From: Lama guanicoe
Taxonomy: Eukaryota
Assembly (NCBI GenBank): GCA_013239625.1
Contig: MU054323.1
Coordinates: forward strand, 434,001-498,000
Direction of reading: 5' to 3'
DNA length: 64,000 nt
Part shown: positions 59,864 through 64,000 of the stretch, in pieces
Layout of the letters: every line of letters begins with the position of its first letter
Numbering within the stretch: position 1 is the stretch's first letter
The notes under the pieces: model-generated
Databases searched by the model: none
Told to the model about the DNA's origin: nothing
The model's input: only the letters and a program-made list of their open reading frames with translations
Translations under genes and position numbers: made by a program

Positions 59864-62769
59864 TGAAGCTGATATTCTTATACCCAGTTTACTGATCAGA
59901 AAACTGAGGCACAGTTAGGTTAAGTGACTCACTTGAGGTTTTACAGCTGGTAAGTGATGGACCAGGAGTCCAGCCTGACCTGTCTGCTTCCAAAGTTCGT
60001 TGCTCTTAATCATTGCTCTGGACTTCTATATAACCTCTGGGCTGGAAAGGAGAGCCTGAAAGTTCTTCTGGTCAAACTTCCTTTGTGATGCTCAAATCCA
60101 CAAGCCTGCCTGACTGGTGGTTGTCCAGGTTGGTGATATTCCTGGTGATGGGGAATTTCTTCCCTTTGAGGGCAATAGGTCATTTATTCACTTGACAAAC
60201 ATGGATAGTCCCCATCTGAGTGTCAGGCCTTGTGCTCAGTGCTGGGCCATAGAGATGAATATGTCACAGTTTCTTCTCCTGGGGGACTAAGACCAGAGCC
60301 CAATTTATTGATCCTTCAACAGCTCTGGTTCCTAGAAAGCTCTGCTTTTACTGAACTGGAAAAGATCTCCCTATAACTAACTGGATCATATAATTATTAT
60401 TATTATCCAAACCAGGATGCTGTTGAGAGGGAGTAGAGTCTCTTATAACAATTATGTTCAGGTGACAGGCATAAACTGGGCCTGTCTCCGGAAAAGAGGG
60501 ACGCACACCCTTAACCTACAATTCGTACCCTGGGTGCCTGGGCGGAATCCAGGCTCACTCTCAAGACACCAGCCTTTCTGATGTTTGGAGACTGATGTCT
60601 GGCTGGCCCTGAACTGCCTCTTCTCCAGCACATGCCCAGTCCTCACAGGAGTCCTCATCTCCTTAGTCTGCAGCCCTGCCTTGGCTTTCTTGCTTTCTGA
60701 GCTCATTTGAGATTCTGAGTTTGGCTTTCCAGTCCTGCCCTGATTTGGCCTTCCTTCCTTCAGGAGGAGAGCAAGCTGAGGTCGGCAGTGGAGGAGGAAT
60801 GAAGCAGCCTGAATGTTTACCAGACATGTTTTGAAAGCCTGGGGTTCAGACAAAAAGTGGAGAACAGAGGTGAGAGTAATGTCAGGGTGGCTCTGCGGTG
60901 GACTGGGGGGGGGGCAGGGCTTAGAAATCCAAGACAAAACAGTTTTGGGAGAAAGTTAGAAAAGTATGTTTCACCGGTATTTCTCAGGCTTAGAAAACTT
61001 TGGACAGACTTATTTGAGATCTCGTAACCTGTCAGCTTGGAGACCATGCATCTCTGTTGATCACTCAGTCAGTCAGCAAACATTTATTAACTAGCAGTTA
61101 TTTTCAGGGCACGCAGATGACATAGCCCCTGCTCTCCTGGATCTCAGGGTTTAGATGAGGGCAGAGTGTTTGGGTAACACAGGCCACGGGAGAACGGAAA
61201 GGAGGGAGCATCTAACTCACCCCCTCTGGGGGTGTTGGGACAGCTTCACAGAGCAGAGGACGAGCAGAAATGTTCCTGGAGGAGAAGGGAAGTGAGTGAT
61301 ATCCCAGGCAGAGGGAACAGCATGTGCAAGAGACAAGAGGCAAGGGGCAAGGAAGAGCATTGTGTGTGAGACTGACAGGAGGTGGGCGGGACCCACAGGT
61401 GGGACTTTGATGCCGTTGGAAGCACTTGGATCCACGCTGGGAGAGACCTGGACATTCGGGGACCATGCTGCAAGATGGAACACTGGTGGGTGGATTCAGA
61501 TGTCCCTGCAATTAATTAAAGTGAGCACCAGCATGAAGCACAAATGAGAAAACGCTTTTAATTGAGGGCCATGTTTTTCAAAGGTTGCTTGGCTGCCAGC
61601 TGACTGTACGCTCTGGCGGGAGAGGCAAAGTGATACTTAGCTTTCTTCAAGCTCCATTAATCTGCCCATTTCTTTCTGCTTCAAATTCCACTTCAAGCAC
61701 GCAACCGCGCCTCAAAATCACAACAATATCGATGATTTATAACCCTGTTGGGAGCCAGCGAGCCTCCTGGCAGGTGGTTAGGGTGGGTTGGGTTGACCCA
61801 GTCGACCTTCCACGGCTTGTCAGAGAAAGATGGTGGCTCTCCCCTCCCCCTCATTCATGTCCACGTGTACACACACAGGCACATCCATGCATGCACGTGC
61901 ATACACACCCAGCTGTGCAGCCCCGGCACGTGTCTTCAGCCCCTCCTTGTGTACTGGAAGAACCCAGCAACCCTGCCCAACCTGGCCAGTGCTCCCAGTA
62001 TCTTCTGTGGGGGGAGCCCAAACATGTCCCTCAAACATCTCTTCTGTGCCAGATGACACCCACCCCACTATCTACTGAACATTACTGTGAACCAGGAACT
62101 TAATCTGCATCGTCTTCTAAGTTCATGATAGTATGCAAGTCAAGGATGTGTCATCTCCCTCTTTAGTGAGGGGAGACTGTGCGAGAGAGACGTTGAGTGA
62201 CGGGCATCTGTTTACACTGGGCCAGCAAGAGGTGGGATAAGGATTTGAACCCGTGATGGAGGGGCCCTTTCATTCTACCCAAGAGCTATCCTGCAGGTGC
62301 CACCAATTCCTCTCCTCTTATCCAGACTTGGAGTTGGGATGAAGAGGTTGACTCTCCGTCATTGCCTGGGAGAAAGGTTTTGGGAATCAGGACCGGAGGT
62401 AGAATTCACTGATTCACTTGTCAACTAGCCTTCTTTGAGGAGCCTGCTGGAGGACTGGGTTCAGCGGTGGGGATGCGGGGAGGAACGAGGTGGCCGCGGC
62501 TCTCAGGATGTTAGTCTGGAGAAGGGGGATCTCAGAGACGACCCATGCAATCCAGCAAGCGAGTGAGGGGGCCGTGGGGCTCAGGGTCAGGCCTTGCTCG
62601 GGTCAGAGGGGCTTCCCAGGAGAGGGAGATGACCTTGGAGCTTAGAGTTGAGAGGTGGGCTCCTTGGCTGGGCAAGATGGGGAGGTGTTCCAGCAGAGGG
62701 AACAGCTGTGCAGGGAGCTCACACCCGGCGGGAAGCCTGGGAAGGGCCCGTGGTCCTATTGTTTATTGT

Positions 62770-63090
62770 TCAAATTGGGATTTTTTTCTCCCTGAGTTTT
62801 TAATTCTAAAAAATTTTATACTACATCATAGCTGGAAGAATATACAATGAAACTTGCATATCCTGTATCTGCATTCAGCAACTGTTAACATCTTTCCATG
62901 TTTATTTCTCAATTTCCCTCTTCCCCCCCTCTTTCTCTCTCTCTCTCTCTAATACGTGTATATGTATGTATGTATACCTCTATATATGATGTGAGTGCCT
63001 GCTTTTATATGCATACATTTTCTTTTTACTAAACTATTTGGAGATAAGTTGCAAACATAGCATTTTGCCCCTAAAACTTACCGTCTCTCT
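62770..63090 (-). mobile_element. Old L1M fragment with (CT)n/(TA)n tract
   Basis: aactgttaacatctttcc...aactatttggagataagttgcaaacat...ttgcccctaaa. Confidence 0.55.
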
Positions 63091-63239
63091 ATAAAATGGC
63101 AATAGCTTTATTTTAGTGTTGTTCAAAAGATTAAAAAATGTTATTTAAAAGGCCTTGAGAGCACACTCTGATCCATGTGGTTACAGTTTTCCATGGGGCA
63201 CCTAGTGTGGGCTTGCTATAGATCAGAACGTCCCTTATA

Positions 63240-63900
63240 AAGTCTCATTTCATTTACACACCAATTATAGGCATTGCCATTCCTCTTGCAAATGGAGAGC
63301 AGTTGAGACTCAGAGAGGGAAAGCGACTTGCCCGAGGTCTTACAGCCATGAAGTCGTGAAGCTGCTGTTCCAGCCCACGGGTCTTGCTCCAAAGCCTGTG
63401 CTCATTCTGGTGCTTCTGGGTGGACGTGAGTTCTCTCACTCTGAGCTTGGGATAGAATTCCCACGCCAGGGAAGGAGACCTGAGCTGACTGTGGCTTGGT
63501 TAGAGGTTGACACTTCATTTGAAGGTGATCTTCACATTGTAACTGAGAAGATTGTAAGTGGCACAGGAGGAAAGAAGGAACAATTTGCTCCAGGACTTCC
63601 TCTGAAATCTTTCATGTGTCAGTGAAAACTGCTCAGAAACACATGTCATAGTCTCACAGAAATATTTGCACCATTAAGAAGATAACATGCAAATGGTGTT
63701 GGGCTGAGAATCAGGACCCCCGCCGGACTTGTTTCTAATTGGCCAGTGGAACTTGAACTTACCCCTTTCCCTCTCTGAGCCTCAGTTTCCTATTCTGCAA
63801 AATGGAGATGATAAGGAGACTTGTCTACCTGGAGAGGGTGTTGAGAGAATCAAAACAAACGACAAAGGCCAAAGCAATCTGTAAACTCTGAAATGCTGTG
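63240..63900. mobile_element. Two MIR SINEs (minus 63240-63400, plus 63690-63900)
   Basis: gagactcagagagggaaagcgacttgcccgaggtcttacagc; ctctctgagcctcagtttcctattctgcaaaatggagatgataa. Confidence 0.8.
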
Positions 63901-64000
63901 CATGTGGGAGGGTTTATTCAGAGACCGTGTGACTTGAGGGGGGGCAATTCCCTTCAGCAGGTGTGCAGCTGTCACCTTAACCTGGAATAATGTCCTCAAC

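Overview
Mammalian intergenic or deep-intronic DNA, probably from a camelid. The species call is inferred: the young LINE-1 3' ends are cetartiodactyl-type, and I recognised no ruminant, pig or cetacean SINEs. I found no intact protein-coding gene, RNA gene, CRISPR array or prokaryotic system. The main gene-derived feature is a ~2.5 kb intronless, frameshifted, strongly diverged retrocopy of the cTAGE5 (MIA2/CTAGE family) mRNA on the minus strand (~49215-51740). The rest is a dense mosaic of old repeats (MIR, L2, L3/CR1, L1M, MLT1, LTR16/LTR33, MER5, MER91, a probable RTE-clade relic), four younger 5'-truncated L1 insertions (three nested in older repeats, two with clear target-site duplications), and microsatellites. 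Several repeat-free blocks rich in homeobox, POU and PBX-HOX motifs or in CpG look like developmental enhancers. Small curiosities include a tailless L1 ORF1 fragment between direct repeats, an ultra-short TPRT-like insertion and a templated-insertion scar. Repeat families were called by eye from remembered consensus sequences, and old-repeat boundaries are approximate (tens of bp). I found no convincing evidence of a wholly new biological system.
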